From Spirochaetia bacterium (GTDB taxonomy: Bacteria > Spirochaetota > Spirochaetia > CAKZLE01), in NCBI GenBank assembly GCA_963677595.1, contig OY782041.1:1152001-1216000 (forward strand): DNA of 64,000 bases, written 5' to 3'. Shown here one piece after another: positions 1 through 9,106 of this stretch (position 1 is the stretch's first letter; every line of letters starts with the position of its first letter). The translations under genes and the position numbers were made by a program. The notes under the pieces are model-generated. The model made no database searches. It was not told the DNA's origin and saw only the letters and a list, made by a program, of their open reading frames with translations.

Positions 1-14
1 TCTATAATATCCAT
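1..14 (-). CDS. 5' end of an unidentified gene running off the window (MDII...)
   Basis: ATG at 14 on the minus strand, preceded by GAAGGAG (SD); only 4 codons visible. Confidence 0.5.
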
Positions 15-150
15 AGTTCTCTCTCCTTCGCATCGCACCTGTATTTCAGCCTCTGCCGAAGGGACAACACGTGTAGCTGCACCATAACAGGTATGGCTCA
101 AAGTTAAAAGGGGAAAGACTGGGAATACGGGAAAGTATAGAGACACACCG

Positions 151-768
151 TTATCGGGAGTGGCGCTCCTTCAGTACCCCGAGCACCTCTTCGAGCGTGT
201 ATCCCTTCTGGGCTAACAGCACCAGGTAGTGGTAGACCAGGTCGGCAGCCTCACCTAAGAAGAGGTCCTTGTTGTCATCCTTCGCCTCGATCACCAGCTC
301 GACGGCCTCCTCACCGACTTTCTGGGCGATCTTATTGACCCCCTTGTTGAAGAGGTGGTTGGTATAGGAACCCTCGACAGGGTTCTCCTTCCGGTCACGG
401 ATGACCCCCTCGAGGTATGCGAGGAACTCGATCCCCTCATGGGCCTTCGGGTCATTGACCTCGGCGAAGCAGGTGTCATCCCCGAGGTGGCAGACCGGGC
501 CTGCCGGCACTGCTGTCACCAGCAGGGTATCGCCATCGCAGTCGACTTTGATATCGCGGAGATTCAGGACGTTCCCAGAGGTCTCCCCCTTCGTCCAGAG
601 CGTCTCCCGGCTCCGTGAGTAGAAGGTGACCAGCTTTGTCTCGAGTGTCTTAGCGAGGGACTCCTCGTTCATATAGGCGACCATCAGTACCTTCATGGTC
701 ACCGCATCCTGCACGACCGCAGGGACTAATCCTTTTGAGAAATCGACTTCTCTGTCTCCAATCTTCAT
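151..768 (-). CDS. hisIE: bifunctional phosphoribosyl-AMP cyclohydrolase / phosphoribosyl-ATP pyrophosphatase
   Basis: [21 protein letters not shown] and CHLG motifs (HisI) followed by [13 protein letters not shown] (HisE); last gene of the his operon. Confidence 0.97.
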   Translation of the reverse strand: MKIGDREVDFSKGLVPAVVQDAVTMKVLMVAYMNEESLAKTLETKLVTFYSRSRETLWTKGETSGNVLNLRDIKVDCDGDTLLVTAVPAGPVCHLGDDTCFAEVNDPKAHEGIEFLAYLEGVIRDRKENPVEGSYTNHLFNKGVNKIAQKVGEEAVELVIEAKDDNKDLFLGEAADLVYHYLVLLAQKGYTLEEVLGVLKERHSR

Positions 769-780
769 AGTATGTTCTCC

Positions 781-1533
781 TTAGCGTACGTTCACGCCGT
801 TATTTCGTATATAATCCTTCAGTTCCCTGATATCGATCTCATGGAAGTGGAAGATACTCGCGGCAAGCGCGGCATCGGCCTCCCCCTCGGTGAAGATATC
901 GACGAAGTGGCTCATGGCTCCTGCGCCGCCGGAGGCGATCACGGGGATGGTAACCGCCCTGCCGACCTCTCGCGTGAGCTCGACTGCGAACCCGTCCTTC
1001 GTCCCGTCGTGGTCCATCGAGGTCAAGAGGATCTCCCCGGCTCCCCGTGCTTCCACTTCCCTGACCCACTCCAGGGTCTTCAGCCCGGTAGGGGTCCTCC
1101 CCCCATGGACGTAGACTTCCCAGAACTCGCCGTTGAACTTCGTGTCGACGGCGCAGACCACGCACTGGGACCCGAACTCCAGGGCCATGGCATCGATGAT
1201 GCCGGGGTTCCTCACCGCCTCGCTGTTGATCGATATCTTGTCTGCACCGGAGGAGAGCATGACATTCACGTCCTCTACGGTCCTGATGCCCCCGCCCACG
1301 GTGAACGGTATGTTGATATGCCGCGATATCCTCTTCACCAGTTCCGAGAGGGTCTTGCGCCGTTCGACGGTTGCCGTGATGTCGAGGAAGGTCAGCTCAT
1401 CAGCCCCTGCCTCGGCATAGAGGGCCCCGAGTTCCACCGGGTCACCGGCATCCCTGAGGTCGACGAAATTGACTCCCTTCACGGTCCTGCCGTCCTTGAT
1501 GTCGAGGCAGGGTATGATTCTCTTCGCTAACAT
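781..1533 (-). CDS. hisF: imidazole glycerol phosphate synthase cyclase subunit
   Basis: [40 protein letters not shown]. Confidence 0.98.
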   Translation of the reverse strand: MLAKRIIPCLDIKDGRTVKGVNFVDLRDAGDPVELGALYAEAGADELTFLDITATVERRKTLSELVKRISRHINIPFTVGGGIRTVEDVNVMLSSGADKISINSEAVRNPGIIDAMALEFGSQCVVCAVDTKFNGEFWEVYVHGGRTPTGLKTLEWVREVEARGAGEILLTSMDHDGTKDGFAVELTREVGRAVTIPVIASGGAGAMSHFVDIFTEGEADAALAASIFHFHEIDIRELKDYIRNNGVNVR

Positions 1534-1548
1534 GTTCTTTCCTCTCTC

Positions 1549-2298
1549 CTACAGGCAGTGGTGCTTGAAATCTGCAAGCTGCTTGAGGGTGATCCGTCCC
1601 TCGTAGATCGCCTTCCCGACGATGACCCCGGAGAGCCCAAGCTTATAGAGCTTGACCACATCCTTCATGGTGGTCACCCCGCCGCTGGCGATGAGCTCAA
1701 GCTTCGTGTAGCCAGACTCGATCACATACTCGGTGATGTTCCGGTAGAGTTCATATGAGGGTCCTTCGAGCATACCGTCCTTCGAGATCTCGGTGCTGAT
1801 GACCTTCCTGATGCCGTGCTTCATGTATGAGAGGATCAGCTCCTCCCCCCTGACATCCGAGGACTCCATCCAGCCGGAAACAGCCACCAGGCCGTTCTTC
1901 ACATCGGCTCCAAGGATCAGTCGGTCAGGTCCGTAGCGGTCGAACCAGTCAAGGAAGGTCCCAGGTTCCTTCACCGCGATACTCCCGCCGGTGACCATGG
2001 CAGCACCGCTCTCGAAGGCTATCTTTATATCCTCATCCTTCTTGATCCCGCCGCCGAAGTCGATGACCAGGGAGGTCTTGGAGGCTATCCGCTCCAGCAC
2101 GGGATAGTTCACGATCCCGCCGGACTTTGCCCCGTCCAGGTCGACGAGGTGGAGCCGTTTGAGTCCTGCATCCTCGATCTGCTTCGCGAACTCGAGCGGG
2201 TCCTCCCCGTAGACCTTCTTCTGGTCATAGTCTCCCTTGGTCAGGCGGACGCATGACCCGTCGATCAGGTCTATCGCCGGTATGATGTCGTATCCCAT
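1549..2298 (-). CDS. hisA: ProFAR isomerase
   Basis: IIPAIDL..G.CVRL..G, HLVDLDGA, GGGI, ASGGV. Confidence 0.97.
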   Translation of the reverse strand: MGYDIIPAIDLIDGSCVRLTKGDYDQKKVYGEDPLEFAKQIEDAGLKRLHLVDLDGAKSGGIVNYPVLERIASKTSLVIDFGGGIKKDEDIKIAFESGAAMVTGGSIAVKEPGTFLDWFDRYGPDRLILGADVKNGLVAVSGWMESSDVRGEELILSYMKHGIRKVISTEISKDGMLEGPSYELYRNITEYVIESGYTKLELIASGGVTTMKDVVKLYKLGLSGVIVGKAIYEGRITLKQLADFKHHCL

Positions 2299-2310
2299 CT
2301 CTTTAATCTC

Positions 2311-2910
2311 CTACTCGCAGACCCTGATGAAGTTCTCCAGGATCCTGGCCCCCACAGTCCCGCTCTTCTCAGGGTGGAACTGTACCCCGTAATAGTTATC
2401 GCGCTGCAGGGATGCGCTGAACGGCACGCTGTACCCGCAGACTGCAGCAGTATCATCCCCCACGGCAGCGTAGTAGCTGTGGACGAAGTAGACATACTCA
2501 TCGGTCTCGATCCCGTCAAAGAGCGGGGTACGCATAGACTCTAGCGTATTCCAGCCCATATGGGGGACTTTCAGGGTATCAGGGAACCTGCGAACCTGCT
2601 CGGAAAAGATCCCGAGGCATTCGGTATCGTTCTCCTCACTGTAGGAACACATCAGCTGCAGACCGAGGCATACCCCGAGGAACGGCTGCTCCAGCGAGCA
2701 GAGTACCTCATCGAGCCCATGCTCCCTGAGGTACTTCATCGCGGTGCTGGCCTCCCCGACCCCGGGGAAGATGACCTTGTCAGCATTCCGCAGTGCTGCG
2801 GGATCATCGGTGATCACCGGCTCGATCCCGAGCCTGTTCAGGGCACAGGTCATCGAACGGATGTTACCGGCATTGTACTTGACGATAGCGATCTGTGAAC
2901 TCATCAGCAT
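2311..2910 (-). CDS. hisH: imidazole glycerol phosphate synthase glutaminase subunit
   Basis: PGVG, GVCLGLQL (catalytic Cys), VPHMGWN, QFHPEKS. Confidence 0.97.
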   Translation of the reverse strand: MLMSSQIAIVKYNAGNIRSMTCALNRLGIEPVITDDPAALRNADKVIFPGVGEASTAMKYLREHGLDEVLCSLEQPFLGVCLGLQLMCSYSEENDTECLGIFSEQVRRFPDTLKVPHMGWNTLESMRTPLFDGIETDEYVYFVHSYYAAVGDDTAAVCGYSVPFSASLQRDNYYGVQFHPEKSGTVGARILENFIRVCE

Positions 2911-2942
2911 AAAACTCCTTCTCTCTTACAGGGATCCCTGGC

Positions 2943-2977
2943 CTCACTACAGGGACCCCGAGGTCCCCTATAGTGAG
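2943..2977. repeat. imperfect inverted repeat (hairpin) overlapping the hisB stop
   Basis: CTCACTACAGGGACC..GGTCCCCTATAGTGAG; no U-tract. Confidence 0.6.
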
Positions 2978-4104
2978 CCCTTGGTTGACGGCAACCTCAT
3001 GTTATCGAGGTCCCGTGCAACAGCACCCTTGATCGCCCGTGCGAATCCCTTGAAGACCGCCTCGATGATGTGGTGGGAATTGTTCCCATGGGCGGATATA
3101 TTCAGGTTGCACCTCGCCTCATCGCTGAACGACTTGAAGAAATGGTAGAACATCTCCGAGGGGACATCCCCGATCATGTCCCGGGTGAACTCCACATCCC
3201 AGACCAGCCATGGGCGGCCCGAGAAGTCGATCGCCACCTGGGCGAGGGAGTCATCCATGGGCAGGAGGAAGCCGTACCGGCTGATGCCCCGCTTGTCCCC
3301 GAGCGCCTCGAGAAAGACCTTGCCTAACGTGAGGGCGGTATCCTCGACGGTGTGGTGCTCATCGACCTCAAGGTCCCCATCCACGTCGATGTGCAAGTCA
3401 CAGCCGGAATGCCGGGCGACCTGGTCGAGCATGTGGTCGAAGAAGTGGAGGCCGGTGGAGATCTCGGAAGACCCTGTCCCGTCCAGGTTCAGGTCTATGG
3501 ATATCTTCGTCTCCTTGGTCTCCCGCCTGCAGGAAGCAGTACGGGCAAGCAGCTTGCCCTGAAGGAAGCCCAGGACCTCCTTCCAGTCATCCGAAGCAAA
3601 GGCACACACTTCCCGGAGCTCCTCGTCAAGCGATGAGAGCTTCTCGGTTGTGGAGAACCAGACAGCTCTGCAGCCGAGGTTCTTCGCCAGCTGGAGGTCG
3701 GAGGTGCGGTCGCCGATCACGAAGGAGGAGGTCAGATCATAGGTGGTACCGTTCCCCTCGATGTACTCACCGAGCATCCCGGTCCCCGGCTTCCTCGTCC
3801 AGGCATGCTCCTCCGGCATCGTCGGGTCGATATGGATCGCATCGAACTCGAAACCCTCACCCTTCAGGGTCGAGAGCATATGGTTATGGACCGGCCAGAA
3901 GGTATCCTCCGGGAACGAGTCGGTCCCCAGCCCGTCCTGGTTGGTCACCATGACGAAGTGGGCATCGGTAGTCCTCCTCAACTGCGAGAGGGCGCCGATG
4001 ACACCCGGGACGAACGCATACTTGTCGTAGGAATCCACCTGGTAGTCTACCGGGGGCTCCTGGAGGATCACCCCGTCCCGGTCTATGAAGAGTATCGTTC
4101 TCAT
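2968..4104 (-). CDS. hisB: bifunctional histidinol-phosphatase / imidazoleglycerol-phosphate dehydratase (HisNB fusion)
   Basis: N-terminal HAD domain FIDRDG/TNQDG/RKP, then [29 protein letters not shown]. Confidence 0.97.
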   Translation of the reverse strand: MRTILFIDRDGVILQEPPVDYQVDSYDKYAFVPGVIGALSQLRRTTDAHFVMVTNQDGLGTDSFPEDTFWPVHNHMLSTLKGEGFEFDAIHIDPTMPEEHAWTRKPGTGMLGEYIEGNGTTYDLTSSFVIGDRTSDLQLAKNLGCRAVWFSTTEKLSSLDEELREVCAFASDDWKEVLGFLQGKLLARTASCRRETKETKISIDLNLDGTGSSEISTGLHFFDHMLDQVARHSGCDLHIDVDGDLEVDEHHTVEDTALTLGKVFLEALGDKRGISRYGFLLPMDDSLAQVAIDFSGRPWLVWDVEFTRDMIGDVPSEMFYHFFKSFSDEARCNLNISAHGNNSHHIIEAVFKGFARAIKGAVARDLDNMRLPSTKGSL

Positions 4105-5177
4105 AGTGTTCCCTCCAGTGACTTCATTGCTGTGAGCAGCTGCGTATTCTCAGCTTCTGAACCGATCGTGATCCTCACGCAGTTGGTGCAGCCGGCTTCA
4201 CGGGTCCGGTTCCGGATGATGATCCCCATCTCCTTGAGGGTCCCGTAGAGTCGGTCGGCATCAGTCACCTTGACCAGCACGAAATTGGCTGCCGACGGAT
4301 AGACCCGCTGGACATAGGGGATGCGTTCAAGCTCGTTCACTAAGCCCTCTCTCGAGGCGATGATCGTCTCGATCCCCTCCCTGACGGCGTCTACCTTGGA
4401 CAAGGCCGCAAGGGCTGTCTCCTGTGCCGGGCCGCTGATGTTGTAGGGGTACTTGATGTTCGTGAGCACCCCGATGAGCTCCTCATGGGCGAAGGCCATC
4501 CCCAGCCGGGCATTGGCAAGGCCCCAGGCTTTCGACAGGGTCCTCAGCACGACGAGGTTCTTGTACTCGCTGAGCAGCCCGAGGGTCGTCTCACGTGATG
4601 AGAAGTCCTGGTAGGCCTCATCCACCACGACGATCCCGGGGAAGAAATCCAGGATCTCCCTGATCGCCCCCAGGTCGATATCATTGGCGGTGGGGTTGTT
4701 CGGGGAACAGATGAAGATCAGCTTCAACGATGGCCCGTAGAGGGCCACGGTGTTCCTCACCCCCTCGACGTCCATCTGGAACTCATCATCGAGATCGACC
4801 GATACCATGGAGACCCCGTTGAGGTTGGCGAAGACCGAATAGACCCCGTAGGTCGGCGGCATGATCACCGCATTGTCCCTCCCCGGCTCGGTGAAGGCCC
4901 GGTAGAGGAGATCGATCGCCTCATCGCTCCCGTTACCGAGGAAGATGTGCTTCTCGTCGATCGAGAAGACCCGGGAGACTTCCCGCTTCACCGACCGCTG
5001 CAGCGGGTCTGGATACCGGTTCCTCCCGGCTCCTCCCACGAAATCCTGGTAGTTCTCGTTGGCGTCGAGGAAGACCTCCGCGGTGCCGGAGAACTCGCTC
5101 CGTGCCGAGGAGTAGGGTTTCATGTCTCGTATGTTGTCTCTCAGGAGTTCTGAGATGCTGAATTCTGTCCTGCTCAT
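4101..5177 (-). CDS. hisC: histidinol-phosphate aminotransferase
   Basis: [41 protein letters not shown]. Confidence 0.97.
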   Translation of the reverse strand: MSRTEFSISELLRDNIRDMKPYSSARSEFSGTAEVFLDANENYQDFVGGAGRNRYPDPLQRSVKREVSRVFSIDEKHIFLGNGSDEAIDLLYRAFTEPGRDNAVIMPPTYGVYSVFANLNGVSMVSVDLDDEFQMDVEGVRNTVALYGPSLKLIFICSPNNPTANDIDLGAIREILDFFPGIVVVDEAYQDFSSRETTLGLLSEYKNLVVLRTLSKAWGLANARLGMAFAHEELIGVLTNIKYPYNISGPAQETALAALSKVDAVREGIETIIASREGLVNELERIPYVQRVYPSAANFVLVKVTDADRLYGTLKEMGIIIRNRTREAGCTNCVRITIGSEAENTQLLTAMKSLEGTL

Positions 5178-6484
5178 TTCACTTCTCCATCCTTCAGGGC
5201 ATCCAGCCGGATAGATACGGCTGCCTTGTGGGCGCCGAGTCCTTCCGCTGAAGCCATCGTCTCTATCGTCGGCCCCAGGTTCCTCAACCCTTCAGGGGTG
5301 ATCCTCTGGAAGGTGACCTTCCTGATGTAGCTGTCGAGGCTCACACCGGAATAGGACCTCGCCCAGCCGGAGGTCGGCAGCGTATGGTTCGTCCCCGAGG
5401 CATAGTCACCTGCAGATTCAGGTGTCCAGGCGCCGATGAAGACCGACCCGGCATGCTCGACCCGGGATAGCCATGCATCCGCATCCGCAATATTGAGGAT
5501 CAGGTGCTCGGGCGCATAGCGGTTCGAGATCCTGAACGCTTCCTCCAGCTCTTCCACGATGATGATGCTGCTGCTTGCCAGGGAAGCTACGGCATACTCC
5601 ACCCGGTTCAGGGCGGTAAGCTGCTGCTCTATCTCCGTGATGACATGGCCTGCCAGGGGTCGGCTGGTCGTCACCAGGAGTACCTGGCTGTCAGCCCCGT
5701 GTTCTGCCTGGCTGAGCAGGTCAGAAGCGACAATCGCGGGGTCTGCGGATTCATCCGCGATGACGAGCACCTCTGAGGGACCTGCCGGCATATCGATGGC
5801 GACCTGGTCAACGGAGACCAGCTGCTTGGCTTTCGTCACGAACTGGTTCCCTGGCCCGAAGATCTTGTCCACGGCAGGGACACTCTCGGTCCCGTAGGCC
5901 ATGGCCGCGATCGCCTGGGCTCCGCCGGAGGCGATGCAGGTGGTCACGCCGCTGATCTTGGCAGCATAGAGGATCGCGGGATTGATCTTCCCGTCAGCCC
6001 CTGCAGGGGATGCAAGCACGATCTCCCGGCATCCTGCGATCGATGCGGGGACCGCCAGCATGAGAACTGTCGAGAACAGCGGAGCCGTCCCGCCGGGTAT
6101 GTAGATCCCTACCCGCTCGACTGGTCGAACCTCTCTCCAGCAGGTCACTCCCACTTCGGTCTCGATCCGTTCTGAAACCGGCACCTGGGCAGCATGGAAA
6201 GCCTGTATATTCCCGTATGCCCGGTCGATAGCGGTCTTGAGGTCATCAGGGATGGCATCGGCTGCTGCGAGCAGCGCCTCCTCAGGGATGAGGACCGACT
6301 CGAGCTGTGCCGAGTCGAACTGCTTGGCGTAGTCCAGCAGTGCAGCATCTCCCTCTGCCCGTACCCGTGTGATGATCTCTTTGACGACCTGCTCGAGCTC
6401 ATCCCGCTCCTTCTGGGGCCGGGAGAGCAGCATCTCCAGTTCCTGCTGGGTCGGGTTCTCGTATATCCTGACAGCTGTGTTCAC
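5174..6484 (-). CDS. hisD: histidinol dehydrogenase
   Basis: YIPGG, GGAQA, KIFGPGN, DMPAGPSE, SQAEH, APEHL, GDYASGTNHTLPT; start placed at GTG 6484 behind GGAGG (ORF track 6496). Confidence 0.97.
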   Translation of the reverse strand: MNTAVRIYENPTQQELEMLLSRPQKERDELEQVVKEIITRVRAEGDAALLDYAKQFDSAQLESVLIPEEALLAAADAIPDDLKTAIDRAYGNIQAFHAAQVPVSERIETEVGVTCWREVRPVERVGIYIPGGTAPLFSTVLMLAVPASIAGCREIVLASPAGADGKINPAILYAAKISGVTTCIASGGAQAIAAMAYGTESVPAVDKIFGPGNQFVTKAKQLVSVDQVAIDMPAGPSEVLVIADESADPAIVASDLLSQAEHGADSQVLLVTTSRPLAGHVITEIEQQLTALNRVEYAVASLASSSIIIVEELEEAFRISNRYAPEHLILNIADADAWLSRVEHAGSVFIGAWTPESAGDYASGTNHTLPTSGWARSYSGVSLDSYIRKVTFQRITPEGLRNLGPTIETMASAEGLGAHKAAVSIRLDALKDGEVK

Positions 6485-6504
6485 GTCTTCCTCCACACCA
6501 GGGG

Positions 6505-7383
6505 CTACAAGGTCATCTGCTCGATGCCGGTGACCAGGATCCCCTGGGCCCCGAGTGCCTTCAATGCCTCGAAGACATCCCAGAAGTCATCCTCCTGCAC
6601 CACGGTCTGGACCGAGCTCCAGCCAGCTTCCAGCAGGGGGGTAACCGTCGGGCTCTTCGCTGCCGATATGATAGCCTGGACTTCCTGTACCTTATCGGTC
6701 GGGAGGTTGAACAGGATGTATTTATAATGACGGGCCCGCATGACCGCATCGATCCTCAAGAGCAGCCGGTCGAGGATGAGCTGCTTCTCGGCACTCTCCT
6801 CAGCCAGTCCCTTCCTCGTGATCATCACGGCTGAGGACTTGTAGAGGACATCGACCTCCTTGAGGCCGTTGCTGATCAGGGTACTGCCCGTGCTCACGAT
6901 ATCGAAGATGGCATCGGTGAGCCCGATGGTCGGGGCGATCTCCACGGACCCGCTGATCTCGTGGATACCCGCGCTCACCCCCTGCTCTGCAAGGCAGTTC
7001 TTCAGGATGTTCGGGTAGGAGGTCGCGATCTGCCGCCCCTCGAGGGCTGAGAGCCCGGTGTACTCGAAACTGTTGGGGACGGCTATGGAGAGCCGGCACT
7101 TGGAGAATCCCAGGTCCCTGACGATCTCGACGTCGTAGCCCTTCTCATCCTTCTCATTCAGTCCCACGATCCCGATGTCGGCGATGCCGTCATAGACGTA
7201 GCCGGGGATGTCATCATCCCGGAGGTAGAGGAACTCTATCGGGAAGTTCTCCGCCTTCGATTTCAGGACCCTCGACCCGTTGTTGAAGTCGATCCCGCAC
7301 TGACTTATGATATCGAGTGATTTCTCACTCAATCTTCCACTCTTCTGTACTGCGACCCGCAGGACGGTATTGCTGGTAAACAT
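6505..7383 (-). CDS. hisG: ATP phosphoribosyltransferase, long form
   Basis: AVQKSGRL, LRDDDIP, IATSYP, SGSVEIAP, DIVSTGSTL and C-terminal regulatory domain; start placed at ATG 7383 behind GGAGG (ORF track 7395). Confidence 0.97.
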   Translation of the reverse strand: MFTSNTVLRVAVQKSGRLSEKSLDIISQCGIDFNNGSRVLKSKAENFPIEFLYLRDDDIPGYVYDGIADIGIVGLNEKDEKGYDVEIVRDLGFSKCRLSIAVPNSFEYTGLSALEGRQIATSYPNILKNCLAEQGVSAGIHEISGSVEIAPTIGLTDAIFDIVSTGSTLISNGLKEVDVLYKSSAVMITRKGLAEESAEKQLILDRLLLRIDAVMRARHYKYILFNLPTDKVQEVQAIISAAKSPTVTPLLEAGWSSVQTVVQEDDFWDVFEALKALGAQGILVTGIEQMTL

Positions 7384-7412
7384 CTGTTCCTCCATATGCT
7401 ACAGGTAAAGCC

Positions 7413-7442
7413 AAAAAAAAATCTCCACATGAATTGCGGAGA
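7413..7442 (-). terminator. his attenuator intrinsic terminator
   Basis: minus strand TCTCCGCA-ATTCA-TGTGGAGA (8-bp stem) followed by T9, just upstream of hisG. Confidence 0.9.
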
Positions 7443-7482
7443 CTTCCCGGTATTAAACCATTATCAAACGCACTTCATGTGT

Positions 7483-7536
7483 TCACGAGAAGAGAGAATG
7501 ATGATGATGGATTCGTTTAACTGTATAATTATTCAT
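7483..7536 (-). CDS. hisL: his operon leader peptide MNNYTVKRIHHHHSLFS
   Basis: hand-translated 17-codon ORF with four tandem CAT codons directly upstream of antiterminator/terminator and hisG; absent from the ORF track. Confidence 0.9.
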   Translation of the reverse strand: MNNYTVKRIHHHHSLFS

Positions 7537-7543
7537 TACGTAT

Positions 7544-7573
7544 ACCATACCTAAATAGGAAGAAGAAAGTCAA
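7544..7573 (-). promoter_or_regulatory. sigma70-type promoter of the his leader
   Basis: TTGACT-18 nt-TATGGT, ending 7 nt before the leader ATG. Confidence 0.6.
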
Positions 7574-7595
7574 GAGATGAAAACCGATAGTATCA

Positions 7596-8150
7596 CTATT
7601 CAGCGGCTTCCCCGCTGTTCACATGGGTTCGTATTGCCTTGATGACCAGGATCAGCCCATAGGCGAAGATGATGAACCCGACGACCCGGATGATGGTCAT
7701 GCCGATCTCCTGGGGCATGGTGAATATAAGGAAGGCAAGCAGCAGGGAGATCACGATCTCGATGATGTATCCCAGGATGGGGTAATCGACCTTCTTCATC
7801 TCTATGGCAAGGTAGGTCTGCAGCCCTGCTGAGCCGAGCAGGCCGACAGCCAGGATATAGAGGGTGAAGGTCCAGGTGATCTTGATGAAGAGGATCGGCA
7901 TCAGGATGGCTACCGCACCGATTCCCAGGGAGACCAAGCCGCGGATGACCATGGCTTTCTTGATGCTGCCGGAGAGGTTCGTCTTGAACGAGGTCACGAC
8001 GACCACGATCCCGTTGACGATCGCATAGATACCGATAGCCACTGCGAGAAACATGGTAAAATCTTTTGTCTGAAAGAAGATGAACGCACCGACTATCATC
8101 GTGCACATACCGATCGTCAGTCTCTGCATCCATGCTTTATCTGTGAACAT
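7596..8150 (-). CDS. HdeD/DUF308-like integral membrane protein
   Basis: about 6 hydrophobic helices with G-rich faces; start placed at ATG 8150 behind GGGGAG (ORF track 8195). Confidence 0.7.
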   Translation of the reverse strand: MFTDKAWMQRLTIGMCTMIVGAFIFFQTKDFTMFLAVAIGIYAIVNGIVVVVTSFKTNLSGSIKKAMVIRGLVSLGIGAVAILMPILFIKITWTFTLYILAVGLLGSAGLQTYLAIEMKKVDYPILGYIIEIVISLLLAFLIFTMPQEIGMTIIRVVGFIIFAYGLILVIKAIRTHVNSGEAAE

Positions 8151-8308
8151 CAGCGAGGCTCCCCATGACTTTGTTTGATTGGACACTACTCCCATACACC
8201 TGATTAAACAAAATACCTGTACGATGGTTTCAAAATACCTGAAAATATTTATAATCTATAAGAGATACAAACTGTTGATTATCAAACGCCCTGTATGAAG
8301 GAGTCTTT

Positions 8309-9007
8309 ATGTCCTATTCCCTGATCATCTACGATGCCGACGGTACCCTCTTCGATTATGATTCCGCGGAGATCTGGGCATTCCGCATGATGTGTGAGGA
8401 CCTCAGGATACCATTCACACCTGAATTGCACCAGTCATACCGGTCAGTCAACCATGCCATCTGGAAGGAGTTCGAACAGGGTACGATAACCAGCGGGGAA
8501 TTGAAACCCGAGCGATTCCGAAGGCTGTTCGCCGTTAACGGGATCGATGCAGACCCCACTGCCGCATCCCCGGCCTACCTGGAGAGGCTCGGGGAGACCT
8601 GGTTCCTCCTTGAAGGGGTCCTCGAGCATCTGGAGAAGGTCTCGAAGCAGTACTCGCTCGCCCTGCTGACCAACGGCCTCGCTGCGACCCAGCGGGGGAG
8701 GCTCAAGGCCTCAGGGATCGGGAGATTCTTTGACCCGGTCATCATCTCCGAGGAGGTCGGCTGCCAGAAGCCCGACCCCAAGATCTTCGAGGTCCTCATG
8801 GGGAAGACCCCTTACTCCAACAAGGACGAAGTCCTGATCATTGGGGACAGCCTCTCTTCCGATATCGCGGGAGGTGTTGCCTACGGGATAGATACCTGTC
8901 TCTACGACCCGGGGAACCTCTATGGAACGATCCCAGAAGGGGCGGCAGTCCCTACCTGCAGGATGGGCAGTTATGGGGAGATCGAGAAGCTGCTGGGGTT
9001 GGACTGA
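8309..9007 (+). CDS. HAD-family hydrolase, YjjG-like pyrimidine nucleotidase
   Basis: DADGTLFD, LTNG, SEEVG.QKP, IGDSLSSDI.GG. Confidence 0.88.
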   Translation: MSYSLIIYDADGTLFDYDSAEIWAFRMMCEDLRIPFTPELHQSYRSVNHAIWKEFEQGTITSGELKPERFRRLFAVNGIDADPTAASPAYLERLGETWFLLEGVLEHLEKVSKQYSLALLTNGLAATQRGRLKASGIGRFFDPVIISEEVGCQKPDPKIFEVLMGKTPYSNKDEVLIIGDSLSSDIAGGVAYGIDTCLYDPGNLYGTIPEGAAVPTCRMGSYGEIEKLLGLD

Positions 9008-9106
9008 TACATGCTGCTGCATGATCATTCACTCTCCCCTTCCCTTATGAGACATTTGCCTATATGATATAAGACTTGAGGGATATATCTGATTAGGAGA
9101 GATGTT

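Noticed and set aside
772-1530. 252-aa ORF antisense to hisF, and similar long shadow ORFs (26523-27524, 32979-33956, 34014-34967, 45468-46697, 47311-48963, 48887-49807, 57112-58161)
   Set aside because: They mirror well-supported genes on the opposite strand, lack recognisable motifs, and are expected from GC-rich codon bias that removes antisense stops
2966-2977. CTCACTATAGGG on the minus strand, matching the 3' half of the T7 promoter
   Set aside because: The upstream TAATACGA is missing; the match is just the hisB end (GSL-stop) plus a hairpin arm, so not vector contamination
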